A DNA stretch of 64,000 bases from contig NOWV01000025.1 of the NCBI GenBank assembly GCA_003344405.1, forward strand, positions 620,001 to 684,000. Reading direction: 5' to 3'. Of this stretch, positions 28,801 through 42,892 are shown piece by piece (the first letter of the stretch is position 1; the number at the start of each line of letters is the position of its first letter). The stretch is from Trichoplax sp. H2. Its lineage: Eukaryota. Below the pieces are notes generated by a model that worked only from the letters and a program-made list of their open reading frames with translations, was not told the origin of the DNA and searched no databases. The position numbers and the translations under genes were made by a program.

Positions 28801-30552
28801 TTTGAAAAACTTTGTCCCATATGGTGAATTGAAACATTCCTATGTTAAGATTGAAAATTTTAATCTCGATTTATAAATATAACCAAAATTAAGAGGATGT
28901 TTTTAAAGTTAAATAAAGTTGAACTATGATGATGGCTTGATGAATAGATAGGCATTCATTAATTAAATAAATATAATATTGAAGATAAATAGCTATACCG
29001 CAAAAACACATTTTAATCATATTATGTATCTTATTAAGATAATTTACAGATTTAGTGTAACAATGTCGCCGCTATCCATGTCGAAGGTGACAGACACAAT
29101 TGACTTTTTGCTTTTTATACGTATCAAAGGCGTAATGCAAATCTAATCTATCTGTTGTAACGCCCATATTTCAACGCTTCCATGGCCGCATATGACACGA
29201 TCGTAGGTGGCGATATTCAATTACGATAATTAATTGTAATTACAATGGTACCGGATTATTTGGATACTCATGCAGCTAGCACAGTAGAGTATAGCGGTGG
29301 ATGATGATAGGAGATAGATTACTTCACAAATGATTTAACATGACTGTCAAAGTGCGTGTCTTCCTTATTGAAGTACTGAATCGATTTGATTTATCCTAAT
29401 ATTGTAGGCTGTTAATCAAGTCTTGATTTATTATTTTATTTTGAATTATTGATGGATTGAGGCAAGACTATCCAGCCCAATATCAGTTGATAATCAAGTC
29501 GCTAAATTTAAGATTATCACGATTTTATTAATATTAATAACAACTTTAGAAGAAACAGTTGATTTTGAATTACTGGGTCTAAACAAAGGGAAAAATTGGC
29601 ATAACTCAGGTTTTTCCAGGGGGTTCATCCCGAAAGTGGTCCATCATCGTATTGCACATATTCTACTTATTGAAAATAAGATAAAATCATGTTTTCCATT
29701 GGCTGTGTGAATATTGTAACGAGTAGAGGCTTCAACATGATCACGACAAAGTTCATCTAGACGCTATTAGGCAATTTAAAAGTATGAACTGAGCTCAGTT
29801 TAAATGGCTATCGTGGCCTTTGGACGAGAATAGAGATGATACTCCTATAGGACGTACTATGCTGTGATGCGGTAATACAATCTTCTCAACGGTTGTCGTT
29901 GGTGTCGTCGTGTAGTGACGGCAGTCAATGCCGAACAAAAAAAGATCACAGGTCAATCATCTGTCTACCCTTATTTAAATTTAAATAACCAGTGATTAAA
30001 AATGTTTTCAAACAAATAGTGTAGGATATCCTATTTCTTTATAATGAACATACCGGCAAAGAAATCAATTTAGCGCCTTGTTGTGCAGCTTCACGAACAA
30101 ATTTATGAATACGATGTAGGTTATCATTCTTGTTCGTTGACACCATTAACTGGATCAATCCAACTCGGAACACTAACAAGCAATATGACGACAGATTAAT
30201 GATTGAATTTTATTTTTTCAAGTCGGGCAATAAATAATAATAAACATTATTAATATTGATGGAATCCATTTGCCAACTTTTGAACGATACTACTGTCATT
30301 CTTAAGACCAGACTTTATAGTCATTACAATCATGAACATTACGGTAGCTCCTTAGAGTTCACTGAATTAAATGGACGAATGAGAAAATTTTTCATAGGTG
30401 TGTGTATGAAATTTTTTTTTTTCTCATTGGAAATGAGTAGTGCAGCCAGCACTCTTGTCAATTACCCTATTTACGCTGCAATGGAGGTTAATGCAAGCAA
30501 TGAAATTTAAAAAGAAATCTCAAAGAATTTGAATTCTCTTACCTCGGGCCAT
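25830..30552 (-). CDS. NIT2: Omega-amidase NIT2 (carbon-nitrogen hydrolase), 10 exons
   Basis: [12 protein letters not shown]...[18 protein letters not shown]...[81 protein letters not shown]; ...QKRYDIY...*. The Glu-Lys-Cys triad motifs are intact. Confidence 0.96.
27753..28113. repeat. Direct duplication of ~185 bp in NIT2 intron 3
   Basis: ATTATAATGCATCAG.TATTAAGGATAATGAATAAT...CCCATATCGTAAGATGTCTACGAAT present at ~27754 and ~27939 with few substitutions. Confidence 0.9.
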
Positions 30553-31084
30553 CTGTCTTAGTCAAGTAATGTTCAAGCTTTTCTTAGACGTCAGTGATGA
30601 AAATAGGAATAGTCTACGATCGATTGGACGACACTAATTGAAGGAGTTGAGACGGTTGAAGCGATGGTGTGATCGTTGTTCGTCACGTACGTGGCAAATG
30701 ATGGTTCATACTACGTACTGTACTGTACTGGAGAGCAACAAGTTGAGACCGATAAGTTGGTTTAGGTTTAAAAGATCATTTAGGTGAAAATCAACTTCAG
30801 TGGCGTAGTGAGCGGCACAGTACCGTCTAGTACCACCAGGCCACTTCCGGCTGGCTGGCCAACAGTAAAAGTAAACAGGATAACCGCGTAGTGACAGGCA
30901 CGACCAAAATGCAGTACTGTACTGTACTATTACTATGGGTTTTTGAAAGTCAACTTTGTGGCTAAACTATAGAGGTAAAATCAACCTTTATGGGCTAAAC
31001 CGAGAGGTCGAAAAAATCTCCATGGTTTACACCACGTCTAAAGCAAATACAGATGGATGATTGAAGAAGTTTCATACTGAGTCA

Positions 31085-31400
31085 TACAGGACAGTAGAGT
31101 ACAGTCCAGTCCTGTCCTACAGTGTACAGTACCTTGCACTGTACACTGTGTACGGTGACTGTACAGTGTACTGTACGTACAGTACAGTACTGTGGTTTTC
31201 GGGATTCTACTGTATTGCACTGTACACTGTATACTGTACAGTACGTTGCACTGTACACTGTATACTGTACAGTACGTTGCACTGTACACTGTATACTGTA
31301 CAGTACGTTGCACTGTACTGTACTGTACTGTACAGTACACTGTATACAGTACCTTGCACTGTACACTGTGTACGGTGACTGTAGTTTTCAGGATTGTACT
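31085..31400. repeat. TACAG/CTGTA low-complexity minisatellite (29-bp unit GCACTGTACACTGTATACTGTACAGTACGTT-like) in the NIT2/CHEK1 divergent spacer
   Basis: Directly visible. It generates the spurious C/T/V/Y-rich ORFs in all six frames. Confidence 0.9.
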
Positions 31401-31882
31401 GCATTGGCGGGAAAGTTGCTGATTGCATCCCTACTTTCAAGACAGTATAATGGTAGCGAAGCTACTCAAACACTGCTTTATAATCCATAGTTTATCCAGT
31501 GTTGATGGAAACTCCAAATTCTCATGACGTCGTCAACACCACAATAGACTTGCGTCGATAGGTTTGGACTTGCCCCCATAACTCAAGCGTAGTTAAGGAA
31601 CAATCGCTTAAGCCACACCACCACCAATGTTGTGCCATCGCCGGTATTGACATCGCATTTCAATTAGCTGCTGCAACATTGCGTGAAGATATTTTGCATC
31701 CAAGTCAGCAAACTATTGGTGAAATTAAGTGGCAAGGATTGGCTAAACTAAGTTGATTGATCGAGATATTGGACGTCAGGTGGAGGTACTGCTTTGCCAA
31801 GTAATTGCAATCTGCTGTGTAGGCAAGTGTGCCATCGTAGAGTTGGAAAGTTGGACGAAGCGAATTTAAAAGTTGCAAATTA

Positions 31883-34800
31883 ATGGCAGCTACATTTGTG
31901 GAAGGTTGGGACTTTGTGCAAACATTAGGAGAAGGTGCCTATGGAGAGTAAGTGCAATACTCTATACTGATAGTAATAGACATCTTGTCGGCTGGTGTAG
32001 CATCCTATACATGCATGGCTAGCTTAGATCGTCTAGTCATCATCCATCGCGATAGGCGATCGTTACAATGGACAAGCAAATCAGAATATTGTATCATAAA
32101 AGGTATTCATTAATTATCATCTACTGTCATGATCGATAGGGTTCGATTGCTGATCAATAAAGATTCTGGTGAAGCTGTAGCGGTCAAAATCATCAACCCC
32201 AATCGAAATTTATCTTCAGCACAGCTTGTACGGAAAGAGGTTTGTCACCAGTCTTATTTTTGAAATAAAATGATGCAAGTGTGGATGATCATGTAGTAAG
32301 GAAGAACTTCCATTTTACTTTTACTTGCTTTGCTTTTCTTTTCTGAATTGGCTACTAGCGATTAGAGTATCGGCACAAGACCGTACATTTCTAAATATCC
32401 ATTTGAAATTCTTATCACACTCTTTTATTTTGCTAAAGTTACTAGCAAATTCTTGTTCTACTCCTATAATATGTAAGGACATAAAGTAGTTTCGCTTGAT
32501 ACAGGGCCTAACTATGCTACATTAGTCTTGTTAATTAACTGTCGAGTAGGTACTTTTTTGATGATCACATCGAGAGAGTAAAAGTGTACATGATATGTCT
32601 GTGCCATAGACACTTTCAATGCCATTGAAACAATCAATGGTGCCTGCCTGTCTGATCATGTCGCAATAAGTGTCTCTACAGGTTGGTCACGCGTACAGTA
32701 GCGCAGTAACAAATAAAAAACTTGATTAAAATTGAAAGTATCCAAAGAGACCTTACCCAGCCTTTAGAGAAAAGCAAATTATACTGTGCGTGCTACTGTA
32801 TCGAGTCTCTCGTGCCTCCCAAAATGACTGTGGTGATGATGACCTTGCAAATACTTGAAGAAAAAGCCTTATTATTCAAAGGTTCAATACCGCAATAATG
32901 CAGTAGTAGTCATTAACGTTCACTTTATTAACTTTTTAGGTTTGTATTCATCGAATGATGAATCATACCAATATTATAAAATTCTATGGATGTCGAGCTG
33001 ATGCTGGTATTCAGTACTTGTTCTTAGAGTATGCAGAAGGTGGTGAATTATACGATCGTATTGGTAGGTTCCTGCCGACTATTTAGCGCCCATCATTTCA
33101 TGCAACATACGGTCGTATTCATTGCAATGATATTTAGGATTAAAGTGTAATTAAATATAGTCGTATTCAATCTATTGCAGAACCTGACATTGGTATTCCC
33201 GAATGTCAAGCCCATCATTATTTTACGCAACTTATTGTTGGCGTGGTTAGTATAACTTGATTGATAAGCTTATCGATCGTTAATTATACGCATATATAAT
33301 AATTTATCAACATCGGTAGATCACTTTAACTTATGTATCCGTCCGTATACGTTAAGATAGTACAAAGTTTACTTGTTAATGTATCCTTGATTTGCTTATG
33401 CAGGAATACCTACACCAGATGGGTGTTGCTCATAGGGATTTGAAACCGGAAAATATCTTGCTAGATAGTCGCGGTAATCAAAATTATCCGATAGAAATTG
33501 CAATTGTAGCGCAGCCAATAAAGATGCCATATTTTACCTTCGTAATAACAGACTTATTGAATATTTTGATCATGAATAGATAATTTAAAAATCTCCGATT
33601 TTGGTTTGGCTACATTATTTCGAAATCGTGGGCAGGAGAGAAAATTATTTAAACGATGTGGTACGGTGCCTTATATAGCACCTGAGGTTAGAAATTGTAG
33701 CCTTTTACATTATCTTACGCCTAACTGTAGCTGCTTTACTGTTGTACTCGAAAATTGGAATTATAATTTTGCCAAATCCAACCTCACAGCTTTACCAAGT
33801 ATTTTAAAATCGCGTAATTACGGTAGATATTTTTAGGCAATGAATATGAAGCTCAGCCTGCAGATTTATGGTCGTGTGGTATTATTTTAGTTGCATTATT
33901 GGCTGGAGGTAGGACATTAGTAAATGATTGCGATGCCTTGTTAAAGTTTCTTGCAAGTTGCAATAATAGAAACTAAAATTAATATAGAATTACCATGGGA
34001 TGAGCCGAGAGACCATTGCTTAGATTATGGATTATGGAAAAAAGGAAGTTATTCTCAAGCTCCTTGGAAGAAAATTATGAATATACCACTAGGTTCTATA
34101 CTTAAAGCTGTGATACAATGAAATTACAAATTTACCATCCGAGTTTATAAACAGTCATAAATGAGTGTTTATCGAAGATAATTTTGTAATGATTCTGCAT
34201 TAAATAATAATATGAAATGATAAGTTCACATAACTTTTGATATCTTGCTAATTTAGAGCTTTTAAAGAAAATACTACAGGAGAATGTAAGCAAAAGATAT
34301 ACTATAGGACAAATAAAGAAAGATCCATGGTTTAGGAGGTAGTATATTCGGATATTACAGCAATTATTATATTATCTAATGCTATTAAAATAGCTTTAAT
34401 AAGTACTTAATTCATTCTATTATGATCCTCTGAATTCATAAAGGACGGCAATGAGCAATTATTCTAATAGCATAAAATCGCCGTTGCATTCTGGTCATCG
34501 TGTTAAGAGAATGCGTACTAGTGACGATATCGTTGGCGCAAGTTCGAGGTAAAAATTTAGTGGATTTTTGTATCTACCTGTGAATCACTTGTTCTTTGTC
34601 TTACGGTTGCATTGCATTTTGAACATTATAGTCCACATTTGACATCTTTATCTCAACCTGATCCTCAAAATACGGACTGGAATACCAGTTTTTCTGAAGA
34701 ATCTAAAACGCCATCTTGTGCTGCAGTTCAGCATTTGATGAATGGTCTGAGTTTGTCACAGCCTGCGCAGTTTGATCAAATGTTACTTAACGATTTATCG

Positions 34801-35422
34801 CAAACTCCGGCTGGATCCCAGGTTACATTTACATTACCTGCATTATAATATCGAGCTATTGTTAAGCAAAATGCTTGTGCTGTATTTGATTTCCTTAGAA
34901 TCCATTACAACGTCTGTGTAAAAGATTAACGCGAATCACAACTAATTGTGATATGGAGTGCACAATTAGCAACTTAATAGAAAATATTAATTTGCTGAAT
35001 TATCAAGTGAAACGAATTGATACTTTACAAGTGAGTGATAATGGCTATTACATTCTTTGCAGATATTTAAATATTACGTATAAACTAAAGTTAGGATTCT
35101 ATTTTAGTTAGCAGTCTCTACAACGGATCGCCGTGGCAATCGGTTAAAATTTAAAATTATCGTTATGACATATTCCTTTGAAAAGACAGTTATTGATTTT
35201 CGCTTAGGAAAGGTTAGTATGAATAATACGGCACGGGATTTTGTTTGTACCTTATAAACAATTGGAAAGTTTATATTTGGAGTGACCTACGTAATATTAA
35301 GTTAGCGATTATTTTCTTACTTGGATTAGGGTGATGGACTCGAATTTAAGCGCTGTTTTAGAAGAATTCGTGATAAACTTGGTGACATAGTAATAAAAAA
35401 TACATGTCCAGAAAAACGTTAA
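31883..35422 (+). CDS. CHEK1: Serine/threonine checkpoint kinase Chk1
   Basis: [95 protein letters not shown] sites SLSQPD and [15 protein letters not shown]1 domain ...[16 protein letters not shown]...*. Confidence 0.97.
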
Positions 35423-36325
35423 TCGACGCTTATATTAGTTATGATTTAAGAACATGCAACAGCCTTAGGATTAAAAAGAGCTCATGTGTACATCATACAC
35501 TACATTTTGCTTAACCTGCTAATACAAATTTGACATTTAAACTTCGGTTGAAGGACATAGGATTCTATTCAAGATTTGCCAACAAGTGCCATATTATTTT
35601 GTAAATTTTTGCCTCGTATCATTGCCATCAATGTTAAAAGAAATTTGCAGTTACGAGATTATTTTGGTTAAATCTAGGATAACTATTTCTGTCTTACAAG
35701 CAATAGAAATTAACTGCTATTAATACATTACATACTACTACCGTACTATGGATAGCTAAAATACCATAAAGCCGACTTAATTTCCTATGTGGACACCGTT
35801 TTAAAGAAATTAATACTGATGATACAATATTCTAATTGCTTTTAATTAAATTTTATGAATATATTCCATATAATATCGACTGCAAATAAGGAATTCAAAT
35901 TTTATTTACTGCAATTCGAAATTTAATCTACCTATGTTGTCAGTTGATAAGATAAAACCTTGGCGACAGTATGAGACGTAGCTATAACTTTATGAATGGT
36001 CTAGCTCTGATTAAAACTATAAAATAAAATAGAGAGGAATCCTATAACTTTCATAAACTAATTGATATTTTAGTATTTATAATAGCCTACAAATCTATAG
36101 AGATAAAAGGTTCACTTAACTATAGATAAAGTAAATGATCTTAGAATTACTTTCAACAGCAACACGTATCTTTCTGAGCAGGCTTACAGTATACTAAGTT
36201 TAGGTACGTATGATATCGTACCAGATTTAATTTTACACACGCATTTAAAATTAGATAAAATTATCTATAACGTTGCCATCTTACAGATTCGGATATGTAG
36301 TTACACAATTTAAATTTACATAGGC

Positions 36326-39300
36326 TTAGTTGTTTCGATTATTTTGGTTATCTTCGAAAAACATGAAGTCCTGAAAAAATGGATTAAGCCTTAGTTAAAT
36401 CAAAACTTCTCCTTTATGTTGGTATCGTTATTCCACGTTACAAACTATAACTGTGTGTCTATACATATGTACAAACATATAGTGTGTAGGTTATATTCTA
36501 AGAGATAGATGAAAGTACCACGTAACTGCAATTTATGGACGCTTGATCTGATTGCAATTACTCATTCAAAATATATACGCATATGTTACTTACTATGAGG
36601 AAGACGGCGCCCAAGAGTGTTGCTTTGATCTTCACATCTAAGTCCATTGGGACTAAAGTACATAAATAGATTTAGTATTACTTTCATAATTCCATTGTCA
36701 TGATTAGCTATATAACTTTAACCACTACAAATTACATGTTATTCCGAAATTATCGGCATCTGTGTATGCTTCTTTTAAAAAGCCAGACCACTGTTTCGTT
36801 ATCTTGCCAACGGGTGTTTCACCTTCAAGAGGTAAAACCTAGTTCGAGGTAAACAAATGCATTACGTATGCAGACTATTACATATAATACTTCAATTATA
36901 TCAATGTATTAGTAATCAAGTTAAGGGGTCAGACTTTGATGATGAATATGTACCATTTTCAATAGTTTACTTTAAAAACATTACCTCAAAGTTAACATCG
37001 CCAAAGCATGAACAAGGGCAAAATGGTCCTTTAATTCTTAGGACTGGGTTTCTGTTGGCGTCCAAAATTTTAAACTCAGGAAAGATAACAGACCACCTTA
37101 CCAAATAATTAATTGACAATAATCCAAAAGCGTTAGCAACATAGCGTATTAGTAAATGGAATGATGAATTTAATTGTATCTTATAAGAACTCAATTAAGT
37201 TGAATAATATTGAGCTTACTGTTGCTCGATATAACCAATGGGTGTGCCAGGTGGTGATTGCACCTCCAATTCCTGTAAGCAGCAGGGACAACAGCAGCAA
37301 GAGCAGCGAAGAGGACGTACCAAATGGATGATTTCTCGGTTATTATTATCGCAAATGCTCATCTCAAATGAACGCAATGGTCCGCAGCATTGTAAAGTTA
37401 AACAATCGTTTTCTGCACATATTCATTAAAGTAGGGAAGAAAATTTTGAAATGAAAGCACCGATACCCAGAAAATAAATGCAACGTGAAATGAGAAATCG
37501 TCTTGGTCCTATTCTATCGATCAAGGTATTACTTACGCTCAGCAGCAAAATAGACTTGTTGACCCATGCTGTTCTTAACCATGTATCTGTTGTGCGTTTC
37601 CCAGTTTGTAAATACTATATACAGTGAATAAGAGAAAAGAACATATTATTCCTTTATCCTTATTCTTCGACTAAATTTGTGTATATGTTACGAATATATA
37701 TACAGTATTCATAAAAATCCATTTCGTTTATATAGGCATAAAATAATATTTACTCAGACGATCGAGTAATCTCATTTGCTATCTGTACATGAATTTCCTG
37801 GCTACTTTGGGGACTGCGAGATGACACGACGTATAAATCCTCTTATAAATGCGTACCATATACTGTAATATTTAAGAGCGTAAATACTGTGAAAGCAAAA
37901 TCAGTTCAATCGATTTTTTAGGGCAATATTTTACAGGACCGTTTCTAATAATCCATTAAAAGTAAACCGGCCAACAGGCACGAGTTCTCTATATAATCTA
38001 GGCCAATCTGGATACATTATAAAAATGCAATCAGAAATACAGCAGTAGTTCATCGTAACCAAATTCAGTAAGGAAGTACTACTACATACAATGTAAGTTT
38101 AGTAATCAGCAAACTTTTTCGAGTTAATTATCTAACGTGGGTAAGATATAAGATTTTTTCAGCGTGCAATCAATATTCTTAGGTGAGCATAACTGACTCT
38201 TGGCAGATTTAGTAACTGCAAATTAGAGTATAACGGACACTGGATTAATTATTATGGCGCTTTAATTAATCTGTGATTACTACGAGCTTGAGTGAAATGC
38301 GTATTAGATTATTACCGCAATAGGGAATTTTACGAATAAGGACATGGCGCCCAGATGCAGTGGTGAAAATGCGGAGGGATATAAAAAAGGATTAATTGCA
38401 TTCATGGGTGGAACAGTCTTTCTAACAAACACCGACGATGTGAGATAGTTTCTACTCTCGAATGTAATGTATGACATATATATGTTGAAGAACGGTACAA
38501 GGATTTCATGGTTAATAATATAAAAAGGTATTTAGCATTAACAACGGAGGAAAATTAGTGGAAATAGGCAAGCGTATCAGGCTAACGTCGTAGCCAATCT
38601 GTTCTTGTATAACCGATACTACTTATTAATTATGTTATAGGTTTGATCACGGTGGGAATTTGGATATACAGTAAATGTTAAAGTAATGGATTTTCTATCA
38701 GTACAGTATACTCGTGAGCGCATAACTTCAATTACTGTCTTTGGCAATTGGTACTCAGTAACTGCGGAGCATAGCCGTCCAGTAAAAAAAATAAACAGCT
38801 CGGGAATTGATACAAGTCGTCCTGTTGAAAACATCTACTTTAGAGAATATGAAGGAAGAAGATCCCAATAGCAAAATCTGAGTCTATATCCAGGATTGGC
38901 AGTGAGTTTAGTTATACGTCCTCTTACGCCTGCTGTCAGGGACTACTTTGCAAGATGTAATCGGCAAAAAAATGATGGAAAAAAGGTCAAAGAAAATTTT
39001 CAATTGCATCTATAGTATTTGTTTTGTGTCGTAGTCCCTGCCTATTACTGCATCCAGTACATACAGTCTCAACGATGTGATCAGGGCTCGTCGAGATCCA
39101 ATCGACAACGGCTTCGCTTTAGCTTTTAACCACGCTAATAAACGTTCTGCATCACTTCATTAATTCATATCCTACTCAACATCTCTGAATCTATTTTATC
39201 TCCACCAAAGCGATCAATTTGCATTTTCTAAATTGATCCAATTGTCCAACACCCCAATACCTACAGTAAAGTCGACTGGAGATTAACGAGAGTCGTACAC

Positions 39301-39830
39301 TTTGCGGAAAAGGAAAGAAATGGAGTCTAGACGATCGTGGCTGTTGTACCGTTAACTACTGTCATGTCTATTGTGCAATGAAGGGAGGGGGAGGTTTGAT
39401 ATTAAATAAAAAAATGGCAATTACATTCTAATAATTCGACCAGTTGATGAATCAAAAGTTGATCAATTTGAGTTAGATATTCAAGACCAGGAGGGCAACC
39501 AGCTATACTAGGCGGTGGAGCCATCCACTGAACTTGCTGTTGCTGTGGCGGCATTGCTGGAGGAGCCATTCCAGCCTGTGGGGGAAATTGTTGCGGTTGT
39601 TGTTGCCATTGGCCTGGTTGTTGCATAACGGCTTGGCCAGGTGGAGCCATTCCATATTGGGCTTGAGCAACGGGAGGATATTGCTGGCCTGGTGGAGGAT
39701 ATTGTTGCGCTGGTGGAGGATATTGTTGCGCTGGTGGAGGATATTGTTGCCCTGGTGGTGGCTGCTTCTGCTGGTCGGGTCCGGCAAAAGTGACATTGAC
39801 TTGTTGAGGATTTCCTTGCTCTTGACTCAT
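36326..39830 (-). CDS. PLSCR: Phospholipid scramblase paralog A, 7 exons, Q/P-rich N-terminus
   Basis: [60 protein letters not shown]...[41 protein letters not shown]. Confidence 0.95.
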
Positions 39831-40137
39831 GCTTTGTTTTCACCGAATACAGTAATAGTAGTACAATCAAATTCAGCAATAGAGAATAGATTCCAATAAG
39901 AAAGTTATCCAAGTTTTTTTTTCCGTCGACGAAGAAGAAGAAGACTGTTGAGTAAACTGGAAAGAGAGGAAAATGCCTCCAAAAGCTTTTCACCATGCTT
40001 TTAAAAACGTAGTCCCATAGAGTTTCCTAGTAACGCCCAAAATGATAGTTACTGCTTACCGGCCAGTAGCTTCGTTTCAGCACTCTAGTAGTAGCAAACC
40101 GCGCTGTGGTGCTGTACCGGTACAGTGCATGTCCTCC

Positions 40138-40310
40138 AATGAATCCGAAATCCGAAATGGTTTGACATCGGTGAATCCGAAATCCGAAATGACGATATTC
40201 GCCAATCCAAATCCGATCCAATAAGAAAATAATATAATGGATCTGAATGAATCCGAAAATTTTCTACAATCCGAATCCAATCCGATCGGATTGGATTCGA
40301 GTCGGATTTC
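40138..40310. repeat. AATCC(G) short-repeat cluster with a perfect 28-bp palindrome (40272-40299)
   Basis: Repeated GAATCCGAAATCCGAAAT. CGAATCCAATCCGATCGGATTGGATTCG is self-complementary. Confidence 0.8.
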
Positions 40311-40394
40311 CTACAGTATACAGTACAGTACTATACTAGACGATTGCTAAACACTGGACTGTACACTGTACACTGTACAGTACAGAGAGGGAGG

Positions 40395-40445
40395 CTGGGC
40401 GCGGTGCGAAAAAGTGACGTCATGCCCTTGAGTCAGCCAATCAAA
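40395..40445. promoter_or_regulatory. Cluster of GC-box-like, CRE (TGACGTCA), AP-1 (TGAGTCA) and CCAAT motifs upstream of scramblase A
   Basis: GGGCGCGG ~40397; TGACGTCA 40415-40422; TGAGTCA 40429-40435; CCAATCA 40437-40443. About 600 bp upstream of the ATG at 39830. Function not shown. Confidence 0.45.
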
Positions 40446-42892
40446 ATTCTCGTTTTTGATCTTGTACAGTGTACAGTATCACCGTTTTTGAGGCAATGTA
40501 CTGTACATCGTGATTATTTTCTTTTCAGATAAATCGACGAATATTTTTTGAGTTATTTCTTCATCAAAATCAATAAAATTTTATACGTGTGAAGAGAGGA
40601 AGTTCTGGTAAAGATTTTTGTATAGTTTATTTTTGTTAAATAATTGTCCTTAACCAATTTTATTTACGATTTATGGTGTACCGTTATTCTTCTAGAAATA
40701 GCCATTTTACAGTATTTACTGGTAACAACTACAATGTAATTTTGACTTTGATACTGAAGCGATATGTCCGCTACGCATTACGTAAATGTGCTCTGGCATA
40801 AACGTTACGCTAATACCGAATCGCCGAAAAAACATGGCGAGTTTGCATTAAAATGATGTTTGATACATTCATTTCAGTCATTTTATAAGCAAGAAATAGG
40901 GGTTTTGATTGTAAAATGATCAGTAAATACTGTACTGTACGATACTGTACTGTACTGTACTGTACACTTGTGTTCTTGATGTAGCCAAAATCAACAATTG
41001 AAGCAAAATAGCTGCGGCCATTTATGGTATACGCTTACACTTCCAAGTATAGATATGTTTATGTCTGTACATCAAGCTCTATCATCATCTCAAGGCATGA
41101 GAATCGATTTTAGCACAGTTCTAATACAGAATGAAGCTCGTATAGTCATGAAATACTTCCCAGGAGTATTTCATAGTCCATAGTACAGGACAGTAATTGA
41201 ATTCATTTTTATCCTTGTTCTACTGTCTAAGTGTCTATTGGTTCACGCCCTCTACCCGACAACGCTTTGACTACAGTACACCACTGCAGTGCTACTATGG
41301 ATACGTACATCATTTCACTGATACTAACTCAATTTATATGCAATGTCTAAAATATGGGAAGAGTGGACTTTCTGCATTCTTATAGTGGCGTCCAGTAGCT
41401 TGGAAATGGTTTCATTTTTTGGATACCACCTAGAATAGAATAGAGAATATAGTAGCGTCCAGCAGCTTCCAAATGGTTGCATCAAAAATGCAACCATGAA
41501 TAGAATACTATATTCAATATCAATTCAGTTTTACGCATCCACTCCTTAAATGCCCAACCTAGCAACCGACCCAACCCAATAGCGATCATAACCTATCAAT
41601 TATTTCTGCGTATTTGAATTTATTGAATGGATAGAGATTGAATAACTTTCTTGTTTCTATTTCTAGTCATGATTTAATGATAGGAGTACTGTCATGTATA
41701 GAGCATATAACAATAAAATACAACTATCGCTGCTTTGTATTCTTGCCCAACTTATTACTAAACTCTTACGAGTCTGGCATACTTTTCAATATCGAAACAT
41801 GTCACAGGACATGCCAACACCATCATCTGTCACACAAGCTAGAGGGGAAAATTTTCAAAATGGAAATCTATGAGTAGACCGTATATTGTTTGAATATAGT
41901 CCAATAAAGTTCTTGGTGATATGTTAACACTGCAGTTATCCTATATGGGCACGAGTTCGTAATACAGCATCTGTAAGGTTAAGAGATAAATGTAATTCCA
42001 GCTAAAATTTTACCGGATCCGCGCGTTTGCATTAAAGTATCTCATACATACGAGTCGTCCTAGGTATTATCCAAAACTAACCTTAACTACAGATTTTATT
42101 AGTATTTGTGCACATCAAATGACGCTCTATTTGGGCTGAATTTGAATACCCATTCCATAGCATCGCAATGTCTGCGTGGCTATAGGCCGATCTCAAAATC
42201 TTTAGCTTCTCATCAAAACTTTCTATAGCACAACTAATAGGGGATTGTAGCAGCATAGAATCGATTATAAGGTAATCTCTACCAGTTTATGGTATAAGTT
42301 GATCTTGCTTTCAAATTAATATTTATTAACCTATATTCGATACTAGTGCATAGCAACTCTAGGTTAAATATATATCACTAGAGAAAGAAAGCTACCAAAC
42401 CATTCCTGTCGCGGTTCTAATCATAGTTTTGTTAACAACATCTTGATAGCATTATATAGTGCTTGCTATAATTATTCTATAACTATACTACGGTGCTACA
42501 GCAATACATCTCCGTCAATTCCGACTAGCTTCAGAAAATATTCTATGCCGTCAGTTATCTATTCTAAAAAAAAATTTATTTTCTACAAGATTGAATATTA
42601 AAACAACAAAACGAAACAGATACTGTATAATACCGTGAGATGTGAGGAAATTTAAAATGCCATTGAGAATTGACGAACAAATTAAAAATTACATTGGCTG
42701 AATTACCCTTCACATAATACCAATCGCTGATATGTACGGTAATTAAGTTATTAGAGCACAAATAATTTAAGGATTTACATTTCTATTATCTTAAATTCAA
42801 ATAATTGATGGTTTTATTCTATTTTAAAAATAACTACGAGATAGTTCAGTTTAAAAATTTCGCATTTGTTACAATGATCTGATAAAAACTTT

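Noticed and set aside
31038..31490. Six overlapping Cys/Thr/Val/Tyr-rich ORFs
   Set aside because: By-products of a stop-poor TACAG/CTGTA minisatellite.
17109..35422. WRN and CHEK1 proximity as a DNA-damage gene cluster
   Set aside because: They are separated by NIT2 and share no promoter; nothing in the sequence distinguishes this from chance.
39503..39996. Alternative-frame and antisense ORFs over scramblase A exon 1 (97, 121 and 162 aa)
   Set aside because: Shadows of the GC-rich 21-nt coding repeat with no independent protein signature.
41385..41510. Short direct repeat with a GGTTGCAT-N5-ATGCAACC hairpin, possibly a Helitron or MITE end
   Set aside because: No matching terminus or target-site duplication could be identified.
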